DNA of 64,000 nt, taken from positions 68,016,001 through 68,080,000 of the forward strand of contig NW_024704742.1 of NCBI RefSeq assembly GCF_018977255.1, given 5' to 3'. A program made the translations under genes and the position numbers. Origin of the DNA: Callorhinchus milii (Eukaryota). Position 1 is the stretch's first letter, and each line of letters opens with the position of its first letter. The notes below the pieces were generated by a model, which worked only from the letters and a program-made list of their open reading frames with translations, made no database searches and had not been told where the DNA came from. Positions 11,467 through 25,095 of this stretch are shown piece after piece.

Positions 11467-11789
11467 TACAACAACATTTGGCCCATTTAAATCTGGCTGG
11501 TGATTTTCCTCCACATGCCCTCCACTGCCCCATAGATCTGCAAAATATACAATCACTACACTTTACAATAACATTCTGTGAAGCGCTTTGATAGGCAGAA
11601 GGAGCTGTGCCAAATGCAAGGATTATTATTATTTTATCTAATCCTCTCTCCTATTGCCCTCCTGTTTAATGTTATTTTAAACTACCAAATATCTATCTAA
11701 ATTTGTTGGGCTCTGATGGGCTCTGAGGTATGAGCTGGGAAGTGTGACTAGTTGGTAGCTCTTTCAAAGAACCGGCACAGACACAATGG

Positions 11790-12095
11790 TAATAATAATA
11801 ATAATCCTTGCATTTGATATAGCGCTTTTCACGTCTTTTAGACGTCTCAAAGCGCTTCACAGAAGATACTGTAAAGTGAATATTTGTGGCCGAAATGTGG
11901 CAGCCAATTGCACACAGCAGTGTCCCACAAACAGTCGTGGATTGAAATGACCAATTTATTATTGTTTTTTTCCTTGAGGGATTTTTATCAGGCGTGTAGA
12001 GTAAGGAAACTTGCCCAAGGTTTCACCCTGCCAGGAATCAAACCCAGGTCTCTCGCTTGAGAGGCGAGTGCTCTAACCACTGAGCTACAGGACTC
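11790..12095 (-). mobile_element. Full-length tRNA-SINE (family A)
   Basis: Reverse complement of the family consensus, from head to (att)n tail. Confidence 0.9.
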
Positions 12096-13415
12096 CTGTA
12101 GAATCATGATTCTATGACTCTTGATGTCCTTTTCTAAAAATAATCTATGGTCTTTGCCTCCCCAATGATTTGTGACAAAAACGCCAACCACCTCTGTGTG
12201 AAGATTCTTAATTGCCAACAACCTGTTTAATTAGTTTGGGATTATCTTAACTTTGTGCCCTCTAGTTAATGATCCGCAAACCAGGGTGAAATAATCTTTT
12301 ACTAATGATCTTATCATTAACCCTTCTTAATCATAATTGAAGCAGTCTTTGCAAAAGTTGTAAATGGAAAATACATTGTATAGTGTTGCACAGGATGTGT
12401 GGACCTAAGGCTAACTTTTCTGGCTTGTCTTGGTCTATAAAAAGACACCAAAGCATAATAATAAAAATACCACTACTGCTAATCTTTGCATTTGGTATAG
12501 CGTCTTGTCATGTGCATTGAGATGTCTCAAAGCGCTTCACAGAATATACCATATATTTTGTGAGCGAAATGCAGCAGCCAATTGCCCAGAGCAGTGTCCC
12601 ACAAACATTGTGGATTGAGTAACCAAATTATTATTATTGTTTAAAGGGAATATTCCACCTGAAAGGCATAGTTATAGCACAAGCTATTCCCCCCTCCCCT
12701 ATATATAAGTCATGTATGGTCGGCACCTACCCTTTTATGCTTCTTAGAAGGCTGACACCCATTTATTCTTCTTACCTCAAACCGATTCCAACTTGAATAC
12801 TCTCCCCAGTGACTGTTTGTCCATTAAACTAATAGAATCACTGCTCCACAATAGAAACAAATATTGGTTGTATTTACTGCACGTTGTCCCTATGACTGAT
12901 GTATTTCACCTATAAAATATACAGTCAATCCACTTTGGAATATATTCTGTGAAGTGCTTTGAGACGTCTCAACGACGTGATAAGACATTTTACGAAATAC
13001 AAAGATTATTATTATTTTTGCTAATATATAAAATAGTAAATGGAAAATATGATTATTTATAGCAAATGTCTACCACTCATTTTGCAATGAAATGATGAAA
13101 CTTTTTGTGACATGCTGGAAGTTTTGAAGAGAATGAACATTTGTGAGAATGTGATAATAATGGTAATTGATTATTATCACTGTGGTTGGTGCGTTATTAA
13201 CTAGAGGGCAAACATTTAAGATAAACAATAACAACTTGCATTTATATAACATACTTCACGCAGGTAGTGTCTCGGAGCTCTTAACGGTGGTGTGGTGTGA
13301 CAGTGAGCTGGAAAGAATGAGGAGGGGACCGAAGGTAAAGTTGAAGAGGGAAGTCTTGAGGTGTGAATTGAAGATGGGCAAAGAGGGAGCAAGGTTCGAC
13401 ACAAAATGAATTCAA

Positions 13416-13785
13416 GAGTTTAGGGGGGGAAATCTTTATACAGAGCTGCAATGTGGCATTCACTGCCACAAACCATGGTTGAGCTAAAACCTAAATAAAG
13501 TAAATAATATTAATTAGTTTAAAATAGATTTACAGATAAAGACATGTGAAGAGGAGGATATTGAATAATATGAAGAGGGAGCAGGATTTAATTAGGTGTT
13601 TCACATAGAGAAAAAAAACAAATGACCTGTTTTGTGCTGTTATATTCATTCTATAATCTATGTGTGTGGGTAGTGCAAACAATGCTCAACCTCTTTAAGG
13701 TAAAGAGAGCTGCTTTACTCAACCATGGTTTGTGGCAGTGAATGCCACATTGCAGCTCTGTATAAAGATTTCCCTCCCTAAACTC
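13416..13785. repeat. 68-bp inverted repeat (13416-13483 / 13718-13785)
   Basis: Arms differ at 1 position. Confidence 0.92.
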
Positions 13786-14067
13786 CTGAGAGCTCTTCCT
13801 CTCTCTCTGGGTTTTCTTGCTTGTAATTTGATAGGATTTTACTGAAAGTGCTCAGCATTAAATAGTAAGGAATATTTTTTCCTCCATGTTTGAGGATTTT
13901 GATATCTCCATAGTTTTGTATTCAAAATTTAAAAATTCTGATATTTCTATAGGTTTCAAATCAAAAGCACATTGTGAGTGAACATATTAACTTCATTGCT
14001 GTCTAATGCTGTTACCAGTTTAAGATCTAGAATCTGCACCCTCCATCCAGTACTGTGACTGTGTAAA

Positions 14068-14170
14068 ACACACACTCACACACACACAAAAACACACACC
14101 CACAAACACACACACAAACACCCCCCCCCACACACACACACACAAACATGCACTCACACACACACACTCA
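14068..14170. repeat. Imperfect (CA)n microsatellite
   Basis: Direct reading. Confidence 0.9.
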
Positions 14171-15280
14171 CTACAGAAGCACCTGCAGGCACAAATTCTT
14201 ACAGTAAAATTATTCCAGGATCCGAGATTTTGTTTAATGACAGGACAGTAATTCCAACACATTCCTGGATGGATTTGTAGCTGAGAGGACACAACATTCA
14301 ACCACAAATCAGCACCAAACTACCAGCAGCCAGTCAACATCTGCAGACGTCTTATTCTTGGTGAATCTGGTTATAAATAACAAAACCCCATCTTAATTGC
14401 TAAAAGTCTCTGAATCCACTGTCAAAGACACGCCTGTGTTTTAGCAGTCATTTGTAGTCCTTAACCTACAAAAATACATCCTTTACAGCATGTTCCTGCC
14501 AAGTGCTTTGGGACGTCCTAAACAATGCAAAAAACGCTGTATCACAATACAAGGATTATTACTATTTACTATCATATCTGTTCCAGCAGGAAATTATTCT
14601 CTTTTGCATGCAGTTATGAATCCCCTAGACACTTAGAAGCATTGACACCCTTTGCTTAAGTAACTTGCCTTGGGCCAACTTGTAACGGAATTGTCCTTTT
14701 CATAGAAAACATTGTCGCAAAGGTCAGAGTCACATATAATCTCCAACACTTATGTATACTGTATTCTAGCCTTTAAACCAACAAGAGGTAACATTTTAGG
14801 CGCTATCTTTAAGGGAGCAAGATACTGTGCATTGTTTGAAGCTGTCTCCTCAAGGCTGGAAGGCAAACGGTGCATCATTAACCTTTATCACCAGTTCAAC
14901 TCTGTGTGAAACACTTTACCCCTCCCTTCAAAAAAATATTTACTTATAAGGGGCAACCCACCCGTTTTAGTTAGCCTGAGAAATTATCCTGAAAAACAAG
15001 CTCCCTTCACTCTTTACTCTCCCTCCCAAAGAATTCAGGGCAACAATTAAATACATCATCTGCCATTTGTCAATTTTATCGCTCATCTCACAGTTTCAGT
15101 AATAATCCTTCAAAAAAAGATGTGGTAACACAATCCATGGCTATTTGTGGGACACTGTTGTATCTGGTCCCCAAATTGGCTGCTGTATCTGGCCCCCAAA
15201 TTATACAGTTAATCTCTTTCACAGTATATTCTGTGAAGTGCTTTGAGACGTCTCAACAATGTGAAAAGACGCTATATTTG

Positions 15281-15590
15281 GAGTCCTGTAGCTCAGTGGT
15301 TAGAGCACTCGCTTTGCAAGCGAGAGACCTGGATTCAATTCCAGGCAGAGCGAAACCTTGGGCAAGTTTCCTTACTCCACACGCCTAATAATAATCCCTC
15401 CAAAAACAATAATAAATTGGTCATTTTCAATCTACGACTGTTTGTGGGACATTGCTGTGCGCAATTGGCTGCCGCGTTCGCCCACAAATATACAGTCAAT
15501 TCACTTTACAGTGTGTTCTGTGAAGCGCTTTGGGACGTCCTCCCGACGTGAAAAGCGCTATATCAAATGCAAGGATTATTATTATTATTA
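15281..15590 (+). mobile_element. Full-length young tRNA-SINE (family A) nested in the tail of an older SINE (15125-15620)
   Basis: Head gagtcctgtagctcagtggttagagcactcgctttgcaagcgag; two consecutive tatcaaatgcaagg tails at the 3' end. Confidence 0.9.
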
Positions 15591-18500
15591 TATCAAATGC
15601 AAGGAATATTATTATTACTATGTCCAATTGATGTTCTGCCTTAATCAAGGCAAATTAAACTGCAGGCATTCAGGATGTGAGCCCTTTAGAAAGCGGAGGA
15701 GAAACTGTGAGAGAGAGAGAGCAATTTATTTCAATTGCACAGAAAACAACGCTTTGCCCTAAATATGCAACAATCAAAGGCACCTCTTCCCCCCTCCCCC
15801 CTCCCCACACACAAACACGCTTCAGTGTTTTAACCACATACCATCCAGTTTACAGGTACATAGCTGGTACCTTTCATGCTTAAACACAGAGAGGAGCAGA
15901 GAATGAAGAGGTCTGTTTTATTGCATATTTAACCTGTCTTTGCTGCCTGTACTGAATCCATGATGTTCGGTGGTGGGGGGGAGATTAATAACAATAATAA
16001 TCCTTGCATTTGATATAGCGCCTTTTCATATCATTGAGATGTCTCAAAGCGCTTCACAGGATCCACTGTAAAGTTTCCAGCGGTAATAATCTCCAAAAAA
16101 AACTGTTTGTGGACAATTGGCTACCAAATTTCGCCCACAAAATACAGAATCAATCCACTTTACAGTGGAAGGGCATTGAGCCTTCTCAACAGTGTGATAA
16201 GGCACTATATCAAATGCAAAGATTGTTATTATTATTAAAGTGGATCACTGTGTATTTTTGTGGACAAAACAAACCACAGTGTCTAGCTGAATAGAGCGCT
16301 ATGGGTTTAGGTGCTCTGGGACGTGGGGTGCTATATAAATGCAAGCTGTTGTTGTTGAATAAATGGGTAATGAGCAATCTGCCCACCTCGTTGACATCAG
16401 ATACTTTTCTCATCTTGATAAGATTGGCTGTTGGTTTTGCATCAACTCATGTCATTGCAGTTTTTGAAACGTTGGTAAAATGTTTACTTTTCAGTCTGCG
16501 GGCGGGGTAACTGATAAATTTCCGTGCTTTTTGGGTCATGTGCTGCAGGTCTTGAGGCCTCGAGGGGAAGGAGCAAGAAAAGGGGCAACTAATAGATTTC
16601 TGCCAGGAAAAATAATAATAATCCTTGCATTTGATATAGTGCCTTATCGCATCATCGAAATGTCTCAAAGCGCTTTACAGAATATACTGTAAAGTGATTT
16701 GGACTATGTATTTTGTGAGCAAAACACATCAGACAGTTGCGCACAGCAGTGTCCCATAAACAGCCATGGACTTTCAATCCACGACTGTTTGTGGGACACT
16801 GTTGTGTGCAATTAGCTGCTGTGTTTCACAACTGTGTGGGTCAGAAATAATATTAAACACTGTACATTTTTTTTGCAGCAAATTATATTGCACCAAACCT
16901 GGACAAAAGTTCCAATGGCACACATTCATCTCTTGCAATCCCACATCATTTAAAACACCCCGATGATGCCACCAAGGATTTTAGATGTTAGATTGTTAGA
17001 TGTGTGTCTACACCCAAGCAAATTTATAATAATAATCCTTGCATTTGATAGAACGCCTTTTCATGTCGTGGAGGCGTCTCAAAGTGCTTCATAGGATATA
17101 TTTTTAGTGAATTTACTGTATTTACTGTGGGTGAAACACAGCAGCTAATTGCACACAGCAGTGTCCCACAAACAGTCGTGGATTGAAAGTCCAAATTATT
17201 GCTCTTATTTTGGAGGGATTATTACCCCTGGAAAGCTATTTGCCAATCGACTAATAACATGGTTCTTACTTACTGCTAGGTAAAAAGAGGTGTGTGGAGT
17301 AAGGAAACTTGCCTAAAGTTTCGCCATTGATATGGGAGTTGTGGTTCCCTTTATGAAATTATTGAACGCGTTACTTCAATAATCAGAATCGATACAATGA
17401 TCCGAAATTGTGAACACCAACTTTCTGAACTAGCTTCTTCTCTCACAAGGTGGGTGGGTTATCCGGAGTCAAACTGAGGTGGGTGCAAGAAAAGGGAGGG
17501 AGGGAGAGAGGGAGGGGAATTGCTTTTTTGGAGGAAAAAAATCACTAAATGTTTTGCGTTTGAAATGGTGTCACATTGCAACTGAAAATTCTACATCCAA
17601 CACCCACTCCCCTCCAATTCCATTCAAACAAATATCATAGTTCAATAAATGTGAATTTAGTGACAGCTGTTGGTCACCGTAACCCACCTCCAGTTGGCTG
17701 CCTAAAGGCGTCTAAACGGATGTTTTAGTCAGAATTTCCTTCCAGATCTCTGTTTTCTTCATGATCTTAGAATCATTCCAGAGTCAGGAAGTATGATGCT
17801 CTCTCTCTCTCTTCCTCTCCCATTGAGATGCCTTGTTGACATGACAAGGTACTATATCAAATGCAAGGATTATTATTATTAATGTTACTGAAAGCAGCTG
17901 TGAACTTACTTTGGGGATTTTAGTCGCCCTGTTTATTAGCTCTCCTTTCTATTAACCCTAAGTATTTTTGCATCATTGAAAACTTTCTGTCTTTCTATTT
18001 CGCTCTCATATCTATTATTGTTAAAAAGCCCCACACGTTTTTTAATATTCAACCACCCAGGAACATATCACTTAGAAACTTCACTCTCTTACCTTTCAAA
18101 GTTTTTTTTAATAATAATAATAATAATCCTTGAATTTAATATAGCGCTTTATCACATCATTGAAATGCCTCAAAGAGTGTCACAGAATATATTGTAAATT
18201 GAATTGACTGTATATTTTGTGGGCAAAACATGTCCAATTGTGCACAGCAATGTCCCACAAATACTCGTGGATTGAGTGACCAAATTATTATTATTTTTTT
18301 TGAAGTAATTGAAGTATTATTATTGAAGTATTAATTTGAAGTATTATTATTTTTTGAAAGTAATTCGTCAATCAACTTATTTCTCTTTTTAGTCATAGAT
18401 TTTTTAAAAAAAATGTAACACAATAACTGTATGAGGAAGGAATAACATCATTGGACCATGTGGACTAAGCTCTTAAAGATTGTTTTGACATATTTAATTG

Positions 18501-19684
18501 GGTGACTGCACCTGCAAAAATTGAACATATTTATCTGAGAAGGTGCATCTGCACATATCTAACTGAGCATTCTTGCACCTGCACAAATTGGCTGCTGCAT
18601 TCACCTGCAGATAAACAATCCCTACACTTGTCAGTAACAGGCTTTGAGACCTCTCTGCAATGTGATAAGGCACTACATTCGCCCACTATGTTTTGCCCAT
18701 ACAATACACAGTAAATCCACTTGACAGTATATTCTGCCAAGCACTTTGAGACGCCTCAATGAAGTGATAAGGCGTTATATCAAATTCAAAGATTCTTATT
18801 ATTCTTACATCAAAATGCCAGATTTTTTTAAAATCTATTAACTGGATCAGAAATTGTGTGTTTGAATCCCAGTGTCCAGGCTGACACTGTATTGGGGGAC
18901 AGCTGCATTTTTCAGATGAGACATTAAACCACAGTCCTGTCTGCTTGACCTTAAAAATCCGCGGCACTATTCAAGAAGAGGAGGGCGTGTTTCCTAGCGA
19001 CCCAGCCAATTCAATTCATTTTGTGGGATCTTGCTGTGTGCAAAACTGCTCCTGCTTTTACCTACAAAAACAGTCATATGGTTTTGTAATTACAGTAAAA
19101 CATGTTTCAATGTGCCAACATGCTGTAAAAATGCAAATTCTTTCTTTATCATCAAATTACTCTAAATCCTATTAATTTCCGGGAAGACCTTTTTGAAGCT
19201 TTCTCACGCATCTCGACTATATGATAAGGCACAATATCAAATGCAAGGATTAATTATTATTATTACAGATAAAACACTAGGGGGAGCTAATGAGCCCTTC
19301 CTACTTCAGGTGTCTCAAAGTGCATCACAGGATAAACTGTAAAGAGTAGTGTCTGTATGTTTTGTGGGTAAAATGTGGCAGCCAGTTTGCACACAGCAAT
19401 GTCCCACGGAGTGATTGATCAATGAGTCAATGCAAACTATATGCATTTTTGCCTTAATAAATAAATGAGCTGTTTAGCATAAAATACAAGTGACTTTGGA
19501 TCCTCTGTTCTCAGGTTCCCAGTTTTATACATTGGCTAAACAGACCAGGGTGGTCTTTTCTGGCTGCACCTTTGTCGCAGGCTTCCACAGAGTGGCTAGT
19601 TCCACTGCTAGACTTACTTCCGGAGCCAACCCTTCTGACAACATCCTAGTGCACTACCATGTTAATTATTATAACCTTGTAAAC

Positions 19685-20160
19685 TTGTCCCAAAAGCCGC
19701 TGAAACCCTGGTCCCATGCCTTTGTCACCCCTCGGCTGGACTACTCTAACGCCCTTCTCGCGGTCTCCCATCCACCACCATCCATAAAATCCAAATCATT
19801 CAAAACTCTGCCGCCCGCATTCTCACCCGCACAAAACTCCGCTCCCCGATCACTCCGGTCCTTGCCAGACTGCACTGGCTGCCTATCCCAGAGAGGATCG
19901 ACTTCAAGATCCTCACTCTTGTATTCAAATCCCTCCACTCCTCTGCACCCCCTACCTCTCTGACCTCCTCTCTCCTCAAAACAGTACCCGTTGCCTTTGT
20001 TCCTCCAGGTCTGGCCTCCTCCCTGTTCTCCTTGTCCTCTGCTACACCCTCGGTGGCCGTGCCTTCAGCCACCATGCCTCGAAGCTCTAGAACTGCCTTC
20101 CTCACTCCCTTCGTCTTGCTCCCTCCCTTCCCATTTTCAGGTCTCTGCTGAAGATCTTTA
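19685..20160 (+). mobile_element. L2 LINE ORF2 3' fragment
   Basis: [16 protein letters not shown]...[18 protein letters not shown] motifs with frameshifts. Confidence 0.85.
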
Positions 20161-20469
20161 AGAATCTTTAACATCCATCTGACCAGGCAGAGAGGACCTT
20201 CGTCTGAAGGACAGAACCTTCAACAACGCAAAACTTCCCTAGCGCTGCACTGGAGGGTCAGCCTTTCCTGGAGCTTCCAGCGCCTAGGGCTGTCCTCCCG
20301 TTGTGAAAGGTGCTACACAAATGTAATTTGTTGTTGTTGACTGTGAGCTCGGTTTGACACACTCCCAGTTACCTAAATCCACATTTGAATTCCTTATTTC
20401 TTCTTAAAAATAATAATCCTTGCGCTTTATCACTTCAGTGAGATATCTCAGAGCGCTTCACAGGTATAA

Positions 20470-21525
20470 AACAACAACAACTTGGATTTATATAGCGCCC
20501 TCCAAGCTGGACGGCATCTCAGAGTGCTTCACAGTAACGGATGCCGGGACCGAGCCAGGGGGAGGGGGAGGAATATGACCCAAGGAGCGGTCGAAAAGAA
20601 AGGTCTTCAGCAGAGACCTGAAAATAGGAAGAGAGGGGGCGAGGCGAAGGGAGTGAGGAAGAGAGTTCCAAAGCCTTGGGGCATAGTGGCTGAAAGCACG
20701 GCCGCCAAGGGTGGAGTGGAGGACTCGGGGGACGAGGAGGAGGCCAGACCCGGAGGAACGAAGGCAACGGGCACTGTTTTGAGGAGCGAGGAGGTCAGAG
20801 AGGTAGGTGGCTGCAGAGGAGTGGAGGGATTTGAAGACAAGGGTGAGTATCTTTAAGTCGATCCTCTCTGGGACAGGCAGCCAGTGCAGTCTGGCAAGGA
20901 TTGGGGTATTCGGGGAGCGGAGTTTGGTGAGGGTGAGGATGCTGGCAGCAGAGTTTTGAATAATCTGGATTTTATGGATGGTAGTGAATGGGAGACCGGC
21001 GAGGAGGGCATTTGAATAATCCAGCCAAGAGGTGACACAGGCATGAACCAGGGTTTCAGCGTCTTTTGGAGAGAGATATTTGCGGAGACGGGCGACGCGT
21101 TGGACAGTGGAAGAAAGCGCTGCTGGTGAGGGACCGGATGTGGGGGATGAAGGATAATTGGGGGTTGAACCTGACGCCTAGGCTGAGAACGGAGAGTTTC
21201 GGAGAGTTTTAGGGGGAGGTCGGGTAGGTGGAGGAGGTAAGAACCGTGAGATTTTAGATGTTGATGAGAGCCAAAGAGTTTGGCTTCCATCTTGTCAACG
21301 TTCAGCTGAAGGACATTTGCGCTCATCCAGCCCCTGACGTCTGACAGGCAGACTGACAGAACATCAGGGGACTGGGGGTCGCAAAGAGAGGTGGAAAAAT
21401 AGAGTTGTATCCCATGTCTGCAGATAACATCCCCAAGAGAGAGCATATAGATCAGAAAGAGGAGGGGGCCAAGGATGGATCCTTGGGGTACCCCGCAGGT
21501 AACCGGGTGAGAGCGGGAGGAGAAG
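20470..21525 (-). mobile_element. L2 LINE RT/3' fragment with tail
   Basis: [41 protein letters not shown] motifs; (gtt)n tail at 20470-20482. Confidence 0.88.
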
Positions 21526-22394
21526 CTGTTTGTGCAGATACTGTGAAGTGATGTGACTGTGTGTATTTTGTGGTCGAATGAAGTGGCTTCCTGAATGTTT
21601 TCTTTTGAAAAAGCTAGAGAGAGCGTTGGATCTTCAGGCGTGCTGCAATGCTGGTTCAGTATTGGTTTGAGGTTGGAGAGATGATAGTGAATCGCCCCAA
21701 AGCCTCTTTGTTCCTGGGCTTATTGCATCGCGAATACTCTTTGTTGGGTTTTGATGAAGCCTGTTTGACAGCAGGTATTGCAGTTTTCTCTCTGCTGTTT
21801 GTTTGTAATCAGAGTTCCACAATCTACCCCATTAGGCACCAAAGCTGTTCAGGTTTTGAAGCTCTGTATATTGGTTTCACTCTTTCATACCCTCAGATTT
21901 AATTCTGATAATGTTATGGTTTGAGAAGGGAAAAAATACACTCAAACTTATTGCAGGTAATTTCTAACATTTTTGCTCAGAGCAATGATATGTTATCATA
22001 ATAATGAAAATAAGCCTTGATATGACAGAAATTGAAATTTCAGGCAGAGTAGACCATGAATCCAGCCAGTCCACTCCATTTCCCCACAGTGAACAATAAT
22101 AACCCTGGCATTTTGATATAGCGCCTTATCACGTTGTTGAGATGTCTTCGTAGAATATATTGTAAAGTGGATTGACTGTATATTTTGAATACAGTCATGG
22201 ATTGAGAGACCAATTTTTTTTTGAGGGATTATTAACTCTAGAAAACGATCTACTAATCCACTAACAACCGGATTCCTACTTATTGCTAGGTGAACAGGGG
22301 TGTGTGGAGTAAGGAATCGAATTGAATCAAACCCGGGTCCTTTTGCTTGTGAGGCGAGTGCTCTAAAATTAGTCGATTGGAGGAATGTTTTTCA

Positions 22395-23210
22395 GAGGTA
22401 ATAATCCCTCAGGCGCTAACAGCATCAGCATCCAAGGCTACACTCTCCACCTCTCAAAGTCAGTCAGGAACCTCGGGGTTCTGTTCGACCCTGAGCTGTC
22501 CTTTCTCCCTCATATCCGCGCCACAACTGGCACCGCCTTCCATCACCTCCGGAACATCGCCAGACTACGGCACTATCTCACCCCTCACGCTGCTGAAACT
22601 CTGGTCCACGCCTTTATCACCTCAAGGCTGGACTATGGGAACTCTCTCCTCGCCGGCCTTCCCGGCACCTCCCTCCACACTGCAGGTCATTCAGAACTCT
22701 GCAGCTCGTGTACTGTCCCGCACCAGACTTCGAGACCACATCACTCCCACCCTCGCTCGCCTCCACTGGCTCCCCATCCCCCAGAGGATCGAGTTCAAGA
22801 TCCTCGTCCTCACCTTTAAGGCCATCCATGGCCTTGTCCTCTCCTACCTCTCTGACTTGCTGACTCCCTATGAGCCTGTCCGCTCCCTCCGCTCATCAAG
22901 CTCCAGCCTGCTCCATGTCTCTCACCTGACCCACCCTAATATCGGTGGCCGGGCTTTCAGCCTCTCTGCCGCCACACTCTGGAACACCATCCCACGGTCC
23001 CTTCGCCTCGCTTCCTCCCTTGCCTCCTTCAAGGCCGGTCTCAAGACCCTCCTCTTCGATCGTGCCTTTGGTCTCCCTCCCACCTCTCTGCCTTCCCTCA
23101 CCCCTACACCACCCCTCCCCCATGCTCGGGCCCCGACACCTGACTATTCAGCGCTTTGGGACGTCCTCCCGATGTAAAAGGCACTCTATAAATGTAATTT
23201 TATTGTTGTT
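22395..23210 (+). mobile_element. L2 LINE 3' fragment with tail
   Basis: VRNLGVLFDPELSF, HAFITSRLDYGNSLL, LHWLPIPQRIEFKIL, GGRAFS, FKAGLKTLLF. Confidence 0.9.
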
Positions 23211-24269
23211 TTCATTTGATATAGCACCTCATCACATTGTTGAGACATCTCAAAGCGCTTCACAGAATACATACTGTAAAGTGAATTTTGTAGGTGAAAT
23301 TTTGCACACATGCCCTAGAATTTGAAGTATGAAGTGAACAAGTGTAACCACTTTGCTTCTATCTGGTGAGCTCTAACCACAGGGTCCTCTGTAAGACGTG
23401 AGGTTGTATGTAGTCGTGGTGTTTTATCTTGTGTACTTGTAAACTGTGGATAAAAATCCACATGAAAAAAGAAAAAAATGCACAAAAAGAAAGAAGTTGC
23501 ATGCTTATGGTTAGGGTGGGTAAAATCAGCCAGGGTTTCTGTTCCTGGTCCCTTTTTGGCACTCTCTAGTGGCTGTACCCATATCTAGCAGATGGGTGGA
23601 GAGAGGTCAAGCTTGTCTGGTGTCCTTTTCAGTTGAATGACCTGCCAACTCTTATGCTTTACAGAATGTATTGTATTGTTGATTGACTTTGTATTTTGTG
23701 GTTGAAACTTGGCAGCCAATTGTGCACAGCAGTGTCCCACAAACAGTTGTGGATTGAGTGATCAAATAATTATTTATTTGGAGCGATTATTACCAATCCA
23801 TTCCGATAATAATTCAGATTGATAATCTGTACCATTTTGGGGGGCTACAGAAAAATACTTTGGAGGATCTTCCCTCCCCCAGCAGATATTAATTGGAAGG
23901 AACCTACAATGGGGCTCATTTCATATTTTCCATGGAAAGAACGGGACTGATGGTCTGAATTGCCTTCCATCAGCCTTGTATTGATTCCAATCCCACGAGG
24001 ACAACATTTCTCTTGTGGATACTTATGAGTGAGTCTTGCACGGATCATCACACTAACCCAGTTCTCATATACCTATGTGTGCACATACAATTGTCACGTG
24101 AAGTCCTGTAGTGTAGTGGTTAGAGCACTCACCTCGGAATTGAGAAGCCCTGGGTTTGATTCCCAGGCAGGGCAAAATCTTAAGAAAACCAAGTTTCCTT
24201 ACTCTACACATCTCTGTTTACATCATGGTTCTGTCCTTGAATAGCTCAGATCCTTCATCCCCACAAACG

Positions 24270-25095
24270 ATTTCCAGTTCATCCCCACAAACGGTTTCTC
24301 CTCTAGTCCTTGCACCGGGTTTGTCCTTGGTCCTCTCCTCTTCAATATCTACATGCTTCCTCTTGGTGACATCATCCGCAGACATGGGGTCAACTTCCAT
24401 ATGTAGGCGGATGACACCCAACTCTACCTCTCTGCCTCCGCCCTTGACTCCAGGACCACTGCTGTCCTGACAGAATGGCTGTCAGACATCAAGTCCTGGA
24501 TGAAAGATAACTTTCTTCAGTTGAACATCAACAATACAACGACGACAACAACTTGCACTCATATAGTTGCCTCCATGCAGGGTTTACCACGTCTCAGAGG
24601 GCTTAACAGTGCCTGACTCCAAGCCGAGGGTGCTTGGGGGAGATGAGGGAGGTGGCCGTAAGCACGATGGAAGAGGAAGGTTTTCAGGCGGGACTTGAAA
24701 AAGGGGAGAGAGGGGGCAAGGCGGAGGGATTGAGGGAGAACGTTCCAGAGTTTCGGGGCATAGTGGCTGAAAGCACGACCTCCGATGGTGGAGGGCAGAG
24801 TGCGAGGAACACCAAGGCCTTCCTGATTGGCTGCCGCTCAGCGGGCTCTAGACTGCTTCATGTCCTCCGCCTCACCCACCCCACCATTGGTGGGTGGGCT
24901 TTCAATCACTCTGCCCCCAGCTCTGAAACTCCATCCTACAGTTCCTCTACCTCACCCCCTCACTTGCCTCTTCCAAGACCCATCTCAAGACCCTCCTCTT
25001 TCCCCCCTTGCCCTCCACCATCCCCGAAAGGTCCGAAACACTGATCGTCCTCCCGATGTGAAAGGCGCTATACAAATGTAATTTGATTACAACTA
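24270..25095. mobile_element. Cluster of L2 fragments in both orientations
   Basis: An RT piece with a degraded YADD motif (gcggatgacacccaactctac) on +, a tail piece on - (24540-24810) and a tail piece on + (24825-25090). Confidence 0.75.

Noticed and set aside
15281..15352. tRNA-Ala(TGC)-like genes at SINE heads (also 5005, 12095, 55714, 59166)
   Set aside because: They continue into SINE bodies and have imperfect acceptor stems; not tRNA genes.
22377..23177. 266-aa ORF and other long GC-rich ORFs (19490, 20853, 36723, 61132, 63019)
   Set aside because: Frameshifted L2 ORF2 remnants; no intact endonuclease or RT.
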